From: an uncultured Propionibacterium sp.
GTDB taxonomy: Bacteria > Actinomycetota > Actinomycetes > Propionibacteriales > Propionibacteriaceae
Length of the DNA stretch: 64,000 nt
NCBI GenBank assembly: GCA_938036835.1
Contig: CALHWB010000033.1
Span: forward strand, 4,815-68,814
Direction: 5' to 3'
Every line of letters begins with the position of its first letter. Within the stretch, counting starts at the first letter, position 1. Made by a program: the position numbers and the translations under genes. Shown here in pieces: positions 39,621 through 50,320 of this stretch. Under the pieces are notes generated by a model. It saw only the letters and a list, made by a program, of their open reading frames with translations. It searched no databases and was not told where the DNA came from.

Positions 39621-39911
39621 TCCGCGCCAGAGCGCCGATCGACGTGTCCGAGGCTCGTGCGAACTGATCGGCGATACCTGAGCTTCCTTGGCTCCAGCCG
39701 AATTGGCGGTACCACTTCACTGCGAAACGCGGGCCTGGATCGAAGTCGGATTCCTGCTCTCCCAGCACCTCGTCCAAAGTGGCATTGCTCAGCAACAAGG
39801 AGTCCTTCACACTCATGTCCGACCCGTCGGCCTTCCGCACCCGCGAGTAGCGGGAGAACACCGCGATGGCTGCCTGGGCCAGATCAACTGGCGCGATGGC
39901 GCCCTGCATGA
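39616..39911 (-). pseudogene. DUF1156 adenine methyltransferase, C-terminal fragment
   Basis: GAIAPVDLAQAAI-AVFSRYSRV..ADGSDMSV...RFAVKWY. Confidence 0.8.
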
Positions 39912-39912
39912 G

Positions 39913-39986
39913 GGTGGGTAACCGGACTTGAACCGGCGACCGCCTGGACCACAACCAGGAGCTCTACCAACTGAGCTATACCCACC
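39913..39986 (-). tRNA. tRNA-His(GTG), CCA not encoded
   Basis: GGTGGGTATAGCTCAGTTGGTAGAGC...TT-GTG-GT...GGTTCAAGTCC..TACCCACC; G-1:C73 pair; adjacent to orn. Confidence 0.95.
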
Positions 39987-40149
39987 ATGCCGATCCAGCC
40001 CGCACGATGCTGGATAGCCCCTGTAGCCTAGCGGCTCGATGAGCCAAGTGGAAATCGGCCATCGGCGGGGGTCCCCCGAACCCGGCATGCCTCGCGGACG
40101 ACCGGATCGGAGCCGCCCGGTAGGAGTCGTCCGGGGCTGTCGTGGCGGC

Positions 40150-40812
40150 TCAGCCATCGGCGGCCTCGTCGCTGCCCTCGAAGGCCTGCGCGGCCGCGCC
40201 CAGCCCGGTTAGGGCACCTTCGTGGTGGCCGGCGATGATGCGCGCCTCGGTGGTGGAAGGCCCCGGGGTGGGCACGAAGATCGCCTCGCGGTAGTAGCGC
40301 AGTTCCTCGATGGATTCCTGGATGTCGGCCAGGGCGCGATGGTTCCCGTTCTTGGCAGGGGTGTTGTAGTAGGCCCTGGGAAACCACCGCCGGGCCAGTT
40401 CCTTGATGCTCGACACGTCGACATTGCGGTAGTGCACGTGGGCTTCGAGGGCCGGCATGTCGCGTGCCAGGAAGGCCCGGTCGGTGCCGATCGTGTTACC
40501 GGCCAGCGGGGCCTTGTGGGCCACCGGAACATGGGTTTTCACATAGTCGAGCGCCTGCTGCTCGGCTTCGGCCATGGTCAGCGTGGCCGTTTTGAGCTCT
40601 TCGAGCAATCCCGACTTGGTGTGCATCTCCCGCACCACATCGCGCATCTGGGCGAGCGCGGCTGTCGGGGGAGCGATCAGCAGATCCAGGCCATCCCCCA
40701 GCACGGTCAACTCGCCATCGGTCACGAGGACGGCCACTTCAACCAGAGCATCGGCGGTCAGGTCAAGACCGGTCATCTCGCAGTCGATCCACACCAACAT
40801 GTCGTCGTTCAC
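40150..40812 (-). CDS. orn: Oligoribonuclease
   Basis: LVWIDCEMTGLD, HYRNVDVSSIKELARRW, HRALADIQESI. Confidence 0.96.
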   Translation of the reverse strand: MNDDMLVWIDCEMTGLDLTADALVEVAVLVTDGELTVLGDGLDLLIAPPTAALAQMRDVVREMHTKSGLLEELKTATLTMAEAEQQALDYVKTHVPVAHKAPLAGNTIGTDRAFLARDMPALEAHVHYRNVDVSSIKELARRWFPRAYYNTPAKNGNHRALADIQESIEELRYYREAIFVPTPGPSTTEARIIAGHHEGALTGLGAAAQAFEGSDEAADG

Positions 40813-40898
40813 CACGCCAGCATAGGGCTCACCGGCCGGCGATCCGGTCCTGCAACGTCGAGGACGGGCCCGGTCGGCTGCGGTCCGCGCATGGCCGC

Positions 40899-42125
40899 CT
40901 ATTCGGCTGGCCGGGTCGCGGCGAGCTGTTCGGGGTTGCGTGGCACCCAGCGGGCTAGCCAATAGCCGCCAAGCAATCCCAGCCCACCGATCACCCAGCT
41001 GCTGACGGCCAGCCCGGTCAGGGCGGCCACGCCGGCGATTATCGCCGGACCGGCCAGCGTTCCCCCGTCGGCCAGCAGGCGCCAGCCGGCCAGGAACTGG
41101 GCACGGCCGAAGCCGGGGGAGGCGTCGGCGCCCAGGGTGAGTACGATACCCGAACTCACCCCATTGCCGATGCCTAGCAATACGGCCACGATCCCGACCT
41201 GTAGGTAGGTGGTGGTGAAGGGCAGCACCAGCATGCATATCGCCAGGGCAAACATGGTGGGGACGCAGACCCACCACCGGCCGAAACGATCCATGATCGC
41301 CCCGCCCGGCAGGAACAGCACCACATCGAAGGCCATCGACAACGCATACAGCAGGCTGACATCGGCCGGGGAGAAACCCGCCTGGTGGGCCCACAACGGA
41401 ACGAGGGTCTGCCGGGAACTGCGCATCATCATCAGGCCCAGGCATCCCAAGCCGAGGGTCAACAGGGAACGCCGGTGCCGGTGCAGGACCGACCGGGTAT
41501 GGGCGCGGTTGCCGTCGGCGTCCCGCTGTGCGCGGCGGTCGGTGGGCAAATCGGGCAGCACCAGCGTTACCAGGGCGGCCAGCAGGCTGGTGAGGGCGCC
41601 GAAGGCGAAGGCGTGGGCGACCTCGCCCCGGGACAGGATCGCCGAGGCCGCCAATGGGCCCAGGAACCCACCGATGCGGAAGACCCCACCCAGGCTGGAC
41701 ATGCCACGGGCCCGCCAGCGCAGCGGGATCGCCTCGGTGGCATAGGTCTGGCGGGCCAGCCCAAAGATGGATCCGGTCATGCCGTGGATGAACACCGCCG
41801 TGGCCAGCACGGGCAACGAGGTGGCCCAGAAGACCGCGAGCAGCATCGCGGCATCGACCAGGCAGGCCAGTATGATGCTTAGCTTCTCGCCGAGCCGGGC
41901 GGCGATGACACCGGCCGGCAGGTCGAACAGCAGCATCGCCAGCCCGGGCAGCGCGGTGATGGCTGCGGCGACTCCGACCGAGGCGTGCAACACCGTGGCC
42001 TGCACCGCGATCAGCGGTACGACCGCGCCGAACCCAATCGAGGCGACCAGCGTGGGGCCGTAGATGGCGATGATCAGGCGCACCCAATGGCTGCGGGGCG
42101 GTCTGGGTTGGGGCGGCACGATCAC
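40899..42125 (-). CDS. MFS transporter
   Basis: About 12 hydrophobic helices; GAIMDRFGRW. Confidence 0.9.
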   Translation of the reverse strand: MIVPPQPRPPRSHWVRLIIAIYGPTLVASIGFGAVVPLIAVQATVLHASVGVAAAITALPGLAMLLFDLPAGVIAARLGEKLSIILACLVDAAMLLAVFWATSLPVLATAVFIHGMTGSIFGLARQTYATEAIPLRWRARGMSSLGGVFRIGGFLGPLAASAILSRGEVAHAFAFGALTSLLAALVTLVLPDLPTDRRAQRDADGNRAHTRSVLHRHRRSLLTLGLGCLGLMMMRSSRQTLVPLWAHQAGFSPADVSLLYALSMAFDVVLFLPGGAIMDRFGRWWVCVPTMFALAICMLVLPFTTTYLQVGIVAVLLGIGNGVSSGIVLTLGADASPGFGRAQFLAGWRLLADGGTLAGPAIIAGVAALTGLAVSSWVIGGLGLLGGYWLARWVPRNPEQLAATRPAE

Positions 42126-42163
42126 TCATCGAGTCTTGCACCCGGCTAACGGATCGGGCAGGG

Positions 42164-42236
42164 CGCCCCCGGCGAGGATCGAACTCGCGGCCAGCCGCTT
42201 AGAAGGCGGATGCTCTATCCACTGAGCTACGGAGGC
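42164..42236 (-). tRNA. tRNA-Arg(TCT)
   Basis: GCCTCCGTAGCTCAGTGGATAGAGC...CT-TCT-AA...GAGTTCGATCCTC-GCCGGGGGCG. Confidence 0.93.
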
Positions 42237-42435
42237 AGACCAAGCCTAGTCCGCTGGCTCGGTGCTGGGCCAGTCGCGGGCATCGACCGGGCGGCCCCGG
42301 CCCTTCGGGCACCGGATCGGATCGCACTCCAGGCCGCGATTCCCGGCGCGTTTTCCCCGGTGGCTCAGGCATCGACAGGTGCGCGGGGTCCCGGGTCGCG
42401 CCCCGGACCCCGCGGCATCCCGGCCGCCTCGGGCA

Positions 42436-43206
42436 TCATTCGGCGTGCCGGTCGGGGCCGCCGGTCACGAATTCGCGGGTGCGTTGTGCGTTCGGATGGT
42501 CCAATACGCTGGCCGGCGAGCCCTGCTCGACGATCTGGCCATCGGCCAGGAAGACCACCCGGTCGGCCACCTGACGGGCAAATCCGGTCTCGTGGGTCAC
42601 CATGATCAGGGTTCGCTTTCCGGCGGATAGTTCCCGCATCACGGCCAGCACCCGCTCGCTCATCCGCGGATCCAGGGCGCTGGTGACCTCGTCGAACAGC
42701 AGCACCTCGGGCTCGACGGCCAACGCCCGGGCGATGGCCACGCGCTGTTGCTGTCCGCCGGATAACTCGCTCGGCAACTGTTCGGCCACCTCCGGCAGGT
42801 GGACGCGGGCCAGCAGCTCACGGGCCCTGGCCTGCGCTTGCCGGGCCGAGCACAAGCCGAGCTCGGCCGGGGCCAGGGCGATATTCTGTAGGGCATTCAG
42901 GCGGGGAAACAGGTTGAACTGTTGGAATACCATGCCGATCCGGCGCCGGACCGGGGCAATGTCGGTCCCGGGAGCGCAGATGTCTACGCCGTGGAATAAG
43001 ACCTGGCCGCGATCGGGCACCTCCAGGCGATTCAGGCAACGCAGCAGGGTCGATTTCCCCGATCCCGAGGGACCGATGATCGCCACCACTTCGCCGGTGG
43101 CCACCCGAAGGTCGATACCGCGCAGCACCGGCCGGCCCGCGAAGCTTTTCTGCACCCCGATGGCCTGGAGCAGGGGCTGTGGGCTGACGGTCGGGTGCGT
43201 CTCCAC
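42436..43206 (-). CDS. Polar amino-acid ABC transporter ATP-binding subunit
   Basis: GPSGSGKS, GMVFQQFNLFP, LSGGQQQRVAIARAL, FDEVTSALDP. Confidence 0.9.
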   Translation of the reverse strand: METHPTVSPQPLLQAIGVQKSFAGRPVLRGIDLRVATGEVVAIIGPSGSGKSTLLRCLNRLEVPDRGQVLFHGVDICAPGTDIAPVRRRIGMVFQQFNLFPRLNALQNIALAPAELGLCSARQAQARARELLARVHLPEVAEQLPSELSGGQQQRVAIARALAVEPEVLLFDEVTSALDPRMSERVLAVMRELSAGKRTLIMVTHETGFARQVADRVVFLADGQIVEQGSPASVLDHPNAQRTREFVTGGPDRHAE

Positions 43207-43339
43207 GCCGCCGATACTAGTACCTGGCACGCGGCTGCCGGGGCTGGTCGTCTCTGGCGGTATGGCGCCCGGCCCGCAGTTCGCGCCCCGCGATTTGCGT
43301 GCTGGGGTTGGCAGACCGGGACGCGGTAGTCTTGCCGGC

Positions 43340-44893
43340 ATGACCCATGACGCCAATACCTGGCGGCCGGTGGCGTCCACCCAACCGGTTCGAGCGACTG
43401 GACGCGGTGCTGCCGCCCGAATCACCAGGGCACCCGAAGGGCTGGGTATCGCCGGGGTCGGCCGGGCCGCCCAGTACCGGCGGGCGCGCAATGGCCTGGC
43501 TCGTCATGCGGATCCGGCCCTGCCCGGCTGGCAGCGATTCCTGCGCAACCCGTATCTGTGGCTCACCTTGCTGCTGACCGGCCTGTACGGCTGGCTCGGC
43601 TACCTGAGCTATCGCATCATCGGGAACAATCTGATCCTGGAAATGGCGGACTACGCTAAAGAGCACAACATGCCTACCCTGGAGGCGACCTGGCCCCAGG
43701 TCAACGAGGCCTACTGGTCGGTGACCAAACTGGCATTTCCCACACTCGGCTTCTTCCTGGTCTTCTTCGTGCTGATCGATCGGCTGCGGCCCACCTCGTT
43801 GCTGATGAAATGGTTGGCCCTGGGCTGGGGTGCCACGGTGGCGGTCTTCGTATCGCTGCATGTCAACTCCTGGGCGGGTGACCTGATGCGCGCCGAAGGC
43901 CCGATAGACCCCGCCCAGGGTGCCCGATCGGCGATCTTCTCGGCGCCTTTCGTAGAGGAAGCCGCCAAGGCGACGGTTCTGTTCATCCTAGCCATCCTGT
44001 TGCGCCGCCGGATGGTGAGCGTGCATCAGGTGTTCACCCTGTCTGGCTTGTCGGCGGTCGGGTTCGCATTCAGCGAGAACATCGTCTACTACCTGAGGGT
44101 GTTCATTTGGATCACCCGGGTACCCGGTGAGGAGGTGCGGGCGTCGGTCGACCGGATCGTGTTGCTGCGGGGCGCCGTGTTGTGCTTCGGGCATCCGCTG
44201 TTCACCGCCATGACCGCTTTCGGGCTGGTGGTCGGTCTGCAGAACCGCAGCAAACTGGTCCGAGTGCTGGCCCCCGTGACCGGTTACCTGGCGGCAGCCT
44301 TCGGGCACATGCTGTTCAACGGTTTCGCAAGTATCTCCGGTGACGTGCTGCCGATGGCGGTCGGTGGTTGGATGGCCAGCCTGGCCATCGTGGTCCTGCT
44401 GGCCTTCCGTTACATCACCCAGACCCGCAATATCCGTGCCCGGCTGACCGAGATGGTGCAGTTGGGCTGGCTGCAGCCCACCGATCCAATGGTTTTCAGC
44501 AGCCTGTTCGGACGCTGGCGCATGGCCTTTGCGGGTTTGCTGCGGGGACCGCGCGTGTTCTCTAACACGCTGCGCCTGCAACGCATCATGACCGAACTCG
44601 CCAATGTGCGTGAGGCGGAACTGCGCGGCACCATCGACGCGATGGCGATCGAACGGGAAAGAGAGCTGATCCTGGACGCGGGCGTGGCCCGGGTCTGGGC
44701 CGTGGACCGTAACGCGGGTGTGCGCGTCATCCCTCCGGAGTGGGGCGAGAAGTGGCGTGCCTGGCGTCGTCGCCGCCGCGAATGGCGTGCCCAACGCCGG
44801 GCTGCGAAGGCCGGTGCCAGCGGTGCCTGGGGTGCCTCGGCCGGGGCACCGGTTCCCACCACTGTTGGCGGTTGGCCGCCTGGGGGGCGCTGA
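43340..44893 (+). CDS. PrsW-family intramembrane metalloprotease
   Basis: APFVEEAAK, GFAFSEN, HPLFT, HMLFN. Confidence 0.88.
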   Translation: MTHDANTWRPVASTQPVRATGRGAAARITRAPEGLGIAGVGRAAQYRRARNGLARHADPALPGWQRFLRNPYLWLTLLLTGLYGWLGYLSYRIIGNNLILEMADYAKEHNMPTLEATWPQVNEAYWSVTKLAFPTLGFFLVFFVLIDRLRPTSLLMKWLALGWGATVAVFVSLHVNSWAGDLMRAEGPIDPAQGARSAIFSAPFVEEAAKATVLFILAILLRRRMVSVHQVFTLSGLSAVGFAFSENIVYYLRVFIWITRVPGEEVRASVDRIVLLRGAVLCFGHPLFTAMTAFGLVVGLQNRSKLVRVLAPVTGYLAAAFGHMLFNGFASISGDVLPMAVGGWMASLAIVVLLAFRYITQTRNIRARLTEMVQLGWLQPTDPMVFSSLFGRWRMAFAGLLRGPRVFSNTLRLQRIMTELANVREAELRGTIDAMAIERERELILDAGVARVWAVDRNAGVRVIPPEWGEKWRAWRRRRREWRAQRRAAKAGASGAWGASAGAPVPTTVGGWPPGGR

Positions 44894-44936
44894 CCTGTCA
44901 AAGTAGTGCTGTCGGGTGACCGGGAGGATGGGACTG

Positions 44937-46793
44937 ATGGATCTCGCCGGGGCGTTGACCGCCCTGCGGACTGCACTGGAGTCGGTGCGTTTACCGTTGG
45001 GGCTGCCCGATCAGCGGTCCGCCGATCGTCTCGCCCACCAGATCGTGGCACAGCTGGACGACTATGTGCTGCCCCGCCTGGCCGATCTGGCGGCCCCGCT
45101 GCTGGCGGTGGTCGGAGGATCCACCGGTGCGGGCAAGTCCACCCTGGTCAATACCATGATCGGGCGGGTGGTCTCGCAGCCGGGCGTGATCCGTCCCACC
45201 ACCAGATCGCCGGTGCTGGTGCACAACCCGGCCGATGAACACTGGTTTGCCGATGACCGGGTGCTGCCCGGACTGATCCGTTCGCGGGTGGCCAGCAGCG
45301 ATCAACGCTCGCTGCAATTGGTTGCCGAGCCCACCCTGCCCCCGGGTCTGGCCGTGTTGGATGCCCCCGATATCGATTCGGTCGTCGAACAGAACCGCCG
45401 ATTGGCTGCCCAGCTGCTGGACGCAGCCGATCTGTGGCTGTTCGTGACCTCCGCCGCGCGGTACGCCGACGCGGTTCCTTGGGAGTTCCTCCAGACGGCC
45501 GCGGAGCGGGGCGCCTCTATCGCGGTGGTCCTGGACCGGGTGCCGCCGGCCGCGATGTCGGTGGTGCCGGCCGATCTGGGGCGCATGATGACCGAGCATG
45601 GGCTGGCGGATGCGCCGTTGTTCGCGGTTCCCGAGACCATCGTGGACGATGTGGGATTGCTGCCGGATGCGGCAGTGGCGCCGATCCGCACCTATCTGGC
45701 CACCTTAGCGGCCGACCGGGAGGCCCGCGAGCAGGTGGTGCGTCGTACCCTGAACGGAGCCATCGCCTCGTTGACCGGCCGGGTGTCCGAGGTGGCGGCC
45801 GCCGTGGACGCCCAGGTCGATGCCTGCCGGCAGCTGGAGGCGGATGCCGCCCGGGCCTTCGGGGAGGCCGCCCGGCAGGTTTCGGTGCAATCCAGCGATG
45901 GCACCCTGCTGCGCGGCGAGGTGCTGTCGCGCTGGCATGACTATGTCGGCACCGGGGATCTGCTGCGTGGCCTCGACCAGCGGGTGAGCGCGCTGCGTGA
46001 CCGGGTGACGGGTTTCTTCAACGGCAACCAGCAACGCGGCGCGCAGGTCGGGGTGGCTGCCGGAGGTGGGCTGGAGGCACTGATCCGTGCCGAGGGTGAG
46101 GCCGCCACCGAGCGGGCGGTGTCGGCCTGGCAGGGCAACCCAGCCGGTCGCGAACTGCTCAGCCGGCATCCCGAGCTGGCCCGGCCGAGTGCCGACCTGG
46201 AAGCGGAGGTGGCGCGCACCATCCGGGCCTGGCAGACCGATGTGCTTGACCTGGTCGCCGGCGAAGGCCGGGGGAGACGCCAGGCGGCCCGGGTCGCCGC
46301 ATTGGGGGTCAACGGGGTGGGGGCCGCGTTGATGCTGGTCATCTTCTTCAACACCGGCGGGCTGACCGGCGCCGAGGGTGGCGTTGCGGTTGGTACCACG
46401 GTGCTTGCCCAGCGGTTGCTCGAGTCGGTTTTCGGGGACGAGGCGGTGCGCCGGCTAGCCAAGCAGGCCAAAGCCGACCTGGATGCCCGAGTGGAAGGGC
46501 TGCTGGCTGGCGAACTGGTGAGGTTCACCCGCGTTCTGGGGCAGTTGCCCATCGACCGGGCCCAGGCCGAGCGGATTCGTCAAGCCATGCATTCGGTGCA
46601 TCGGGCCCGCGGTGTTCCGCCGGCCGGCTACCCGGCTGTCCCGAGCGAAACACCGGAAACCGCCGTATTGCCTGCGGGCAGGCGCTTCGAGTTGTTGCCT
46701 GCGAATGGGGCCGAGAGCGGTGAGGTCTACGAGGCCGAACTGGTCTACGACGAGGATTCGGGCCGGGGTGTGAGTCATGGCCAAACGCGATAA
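44937..46793 (+). CDS. Dynamin-like GTPase (DynA-like)
   Basis: GSTGAGKS, RPTT, LDAPDIDS, transmembrane hairpin. Confidence 0.8.
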   Translation: MDLAGALTALRTALESVRLPLGLPDQRSADRLAHQIVAQLDDYVLPRLADLAAPLLAVVGGSTGAGKSTLVNTMIGRVVSQPGVIRPTTRSPVLVHNPADEHWFADDRVLPGLIRSRVASSDQRSLQLVAEPTLPPGLAVLDAPDIDSVVEQNRRLAAQLLDAADLWLFVTSAARYADAVPWEFLQTAAERGASIAVVLDRVPPAAMSVVPADLGRMMTEHGLADAPLFAVPETIVDDVGLLPDAAVAPIRTYLATLAADREAREQVVRRTLNGAIASLTGRVSEVAAAVDAQVDACRQLEADAARAFGEAARQVSVQSSDGTLLRGEVLSRWHDYVGTGDLLRGLDQRVSALRDRVTGFFNGNQQRGAQVGVAAGGGLEALIRAEGEAATERAVSAWQGNPAGRELLSRHPELARPSADLEAEVARTIRAWQTDVLDLVAGEGRGRRQAARVAALGVNGVGAALMLVIFFNTGGLTGAEGGVAVGTTVLAQRLLESVFGDEAVRRLAKQAKADLDARVEGLLAGELVRFTRVLGQLPIDRAQAERIRQAMHSVHRARGVPPAGYPAVPSETPETAVLPAGRRFELLPANGAESGEVYEAELVYDEDSGRGVSHGQTR

Positions 46794-48405
46794 CCGGATC
46801 ACCCTGGTCACCCGGGTGGCCAGCCTATCCGAGGCAACCGAACTGGTGACCGGGCGGCTGGACGATCGGCTCGTGGCCCGTGCCCAGCAGGTGGTGGACC
46901 GGGTTGATCGTCGTCTGGCGTTCGCCGGCAACGACACCGTCATCGCCCTGGCCGGGGCAACCGGTTCGGGCAAGTCCAGCCTGTTCAACGCCCTGTCGGG
47001 TACCCGGCTGGCCGAGCCGGGGCTTAAACGTCCCACCACCAACCGGGCCATGGCCGCCTACTGGGGCGAGGAACTGCCCAACGAGCTGCTTGATTGGCTG
47101 GACATCCCCAGGCGCCACCTGGTGCAGGGCGACGATGCGATCCTGGGTGGGCTGGTGCTGATGGACCTGACCGACCACGATTCGACCGATCAAGGTCACC
47201 GCCGGGAGGTCGATCGGCTGGTGGAGCAGGTTGACATGCTGATCTGGGTGGTCGATCCGCAGAAGTATGCCGACGCCGCGCTGCACGACAACTATTTGAA
47301 ACGGCTCGCCGGATATGCCGAGGTGATGCTGGTCGTGTTGAACCAGGCCGACCGGCTGACCCCCGACCAGCTGCGTCAGGCGATGCGGGATCTACGTCGC
47401 CTGCTGGATACCGAGGGGCTGTCCGCGACCCAATTGGTGGCTGCATCCGCGCTGACCGGGATGGGCATTGAGGCCTTGCGTAAGACCATCTCGGCCACGG
47501 TTCGCAATAAGCAGACCGCGGCCGCGCGACTGGCCGCCGATGTCGGTATGGTGGCCCGGGAATTGCAGGCCGAGCTGGGCGTCGAACAGGTCAGCCGGAA
47601 GGTATCCGATGCCCGTGCCCGGGCCCTGAACGAGTCGTTGGCCAAGGCGGCTGGGGTGGAGCTGGTCAAGGAGGCCGTCACCGCGTCCATGCGCCATCGC
47701 GGCACGTTGGCCACCGGGTGGCCGGTCACCGCCTGGGTGAGCAGGTTCCGCCCCGACCCGCTGCGGTTGCTGCATCTCGATCAGCCGCTCGGCGGCAAGC
47801 GCAAGACTCCGGAATTGGCTCCGGTGGGAGTGCAGCGCACCAGCCTGCCGAAGCTGGGCGGGGTACCGCAGGCCCGGGTGGATTCCGCGCTGCGCGGGCT
47901 GGCCGAGCAGGCAGCCCGTGGCATGCCCGATCGGTGGGCCAGGCGGATCCGCGGGGCCACCTTGACCCATCGGGAGCTGCTGCCCGATGAGTTGGACAGG
48001 GCGGTGGCCACCACCGATCTGGCCATGGATCGCGGCCAGGGCTGGTGGCAGGTCATGCGGATCGTCCAATGGATCATCTTCGGCGTTGCGATGGTCGGTG
48101 GGCTGTGGCTGGTGGCGAACCTGCTGTTGGCCTACCTACAGTTACCGTCGGTTCCTTCCCCGCGGCTCGGCAGGCTGCCGCTGCCCACGCTGCTGCTGCT
48201 CGGCGGCGGCTTGGCCGGGTTGCTGGCCGGCCTGGGGTCCCGGGTCGGGGTCGAGGCGGGTGCCCGGGCCAAGGCCGCCCGTGCGGAGCGGGTGCTGGTC
48301 CGCTCGGTCACCGAGGTGGCCGACAGACTGGTCATCGCCCCGGTGAACGAGGAACTCCGCCGGTTCCACGAGGCCCGGTTGGCGTTGGAGGAAGCCGCCG
48401 GTTGA
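46777..48405 (+). CDS. Dynamin-like GTPase (DynB-like)
   Basis: GATGSGKSS, RPTT, DPQKYAD, NQAD, two C-terminal transmembrane segments. Confidence 0.8.
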   Translation: MAKRDNRITLVTRVASLSEATELVTGRLDDRLVARAQQVVDRVDRRLAFAGNDTVIALAGATGSGKSSLFNALSGTRLAEPGLKRPTTNRAMAAYWGEELPNELLDWLDIPRRHLVQGDDAILGGLVLMDLTDHDSTDQGHRREVDRLVEQVDMLIWVVDPQKYADAALHDNYLKRLAGYAEVMLVVLNQADRLTPDQLRQAMRDLRRLLDTEGLSATQLVAASALTGMGIEALRKTISATVRNKQTAAARLAADVGMVARELQAELGVEQVSRKVSDARARALNESLAKAAGVELVKEAVTASMRHRGTLATGWPVTAWVSRFRPDPLRLLHLDQPLGGKRKTPELAPVGVQRTSLPKLGGVPQARVDSALRGLAEQAARGMPDRWARRIRGATLTHRELLPDELDRAVATTDLAMDRGQGWWQVMRIVQWIIFGVAMVGGLWLVANLLLAYLQLPSVPSPRLGRLPLPTLLLLGGGLAGLLAGLGSRVGVEAGARAKAARAERVLVRSVTEVADRLVIAPVNEELRRFHEARLALEEAAG

Positions 48406-48616
48406 GCGCCTTAGGCGCCTCGACGGGCACGTCCCGGGTCACCCGATCGCCGGCCCGGACTGCCCGTGGCTGCCGGTGCGGCCTGCGGTGAATCGGGTTG
48501 GCGGGATGTCTCCTGGCGTGCGGCATAATGGTATCCGGTCGTCATATTGACCCGAAACCACCAGCACCACCACCCGACGGTGTCCACGCTTGTCGAACGA
48601 AGGAAGATCGCGCCGA

Positions 48617-50302
<1,686 letters not shown>

Positions 50303-50320
50303 GGCTGCCGGCAGCCCGGG

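Larger units (their letters stand above)
4200..39911. mobile_element. Composite, decayed defence island next to tRNA-His (left boundary approximate)
   Basis: Defence genes, IS, relaxase and methylase remnants, a codon style different from the flanks, and a right edge at the tRNA-His 3' end; no intact integrase seen. Confidence 0.75.

Noticed and set aside
40150..42141. 663-aa ORF suggesting an Orn fusion
   Set aside because: The N-terminal part is an off-frame reading of the MFS gene; Orn homology starts at about 40812.
42164..42236. tRNA-Arg(TCT) as island cargo compensating for the RloC-like nuclease
   Set aside because: It lies outside the island among host genes, and nothing links it to the nuclease.
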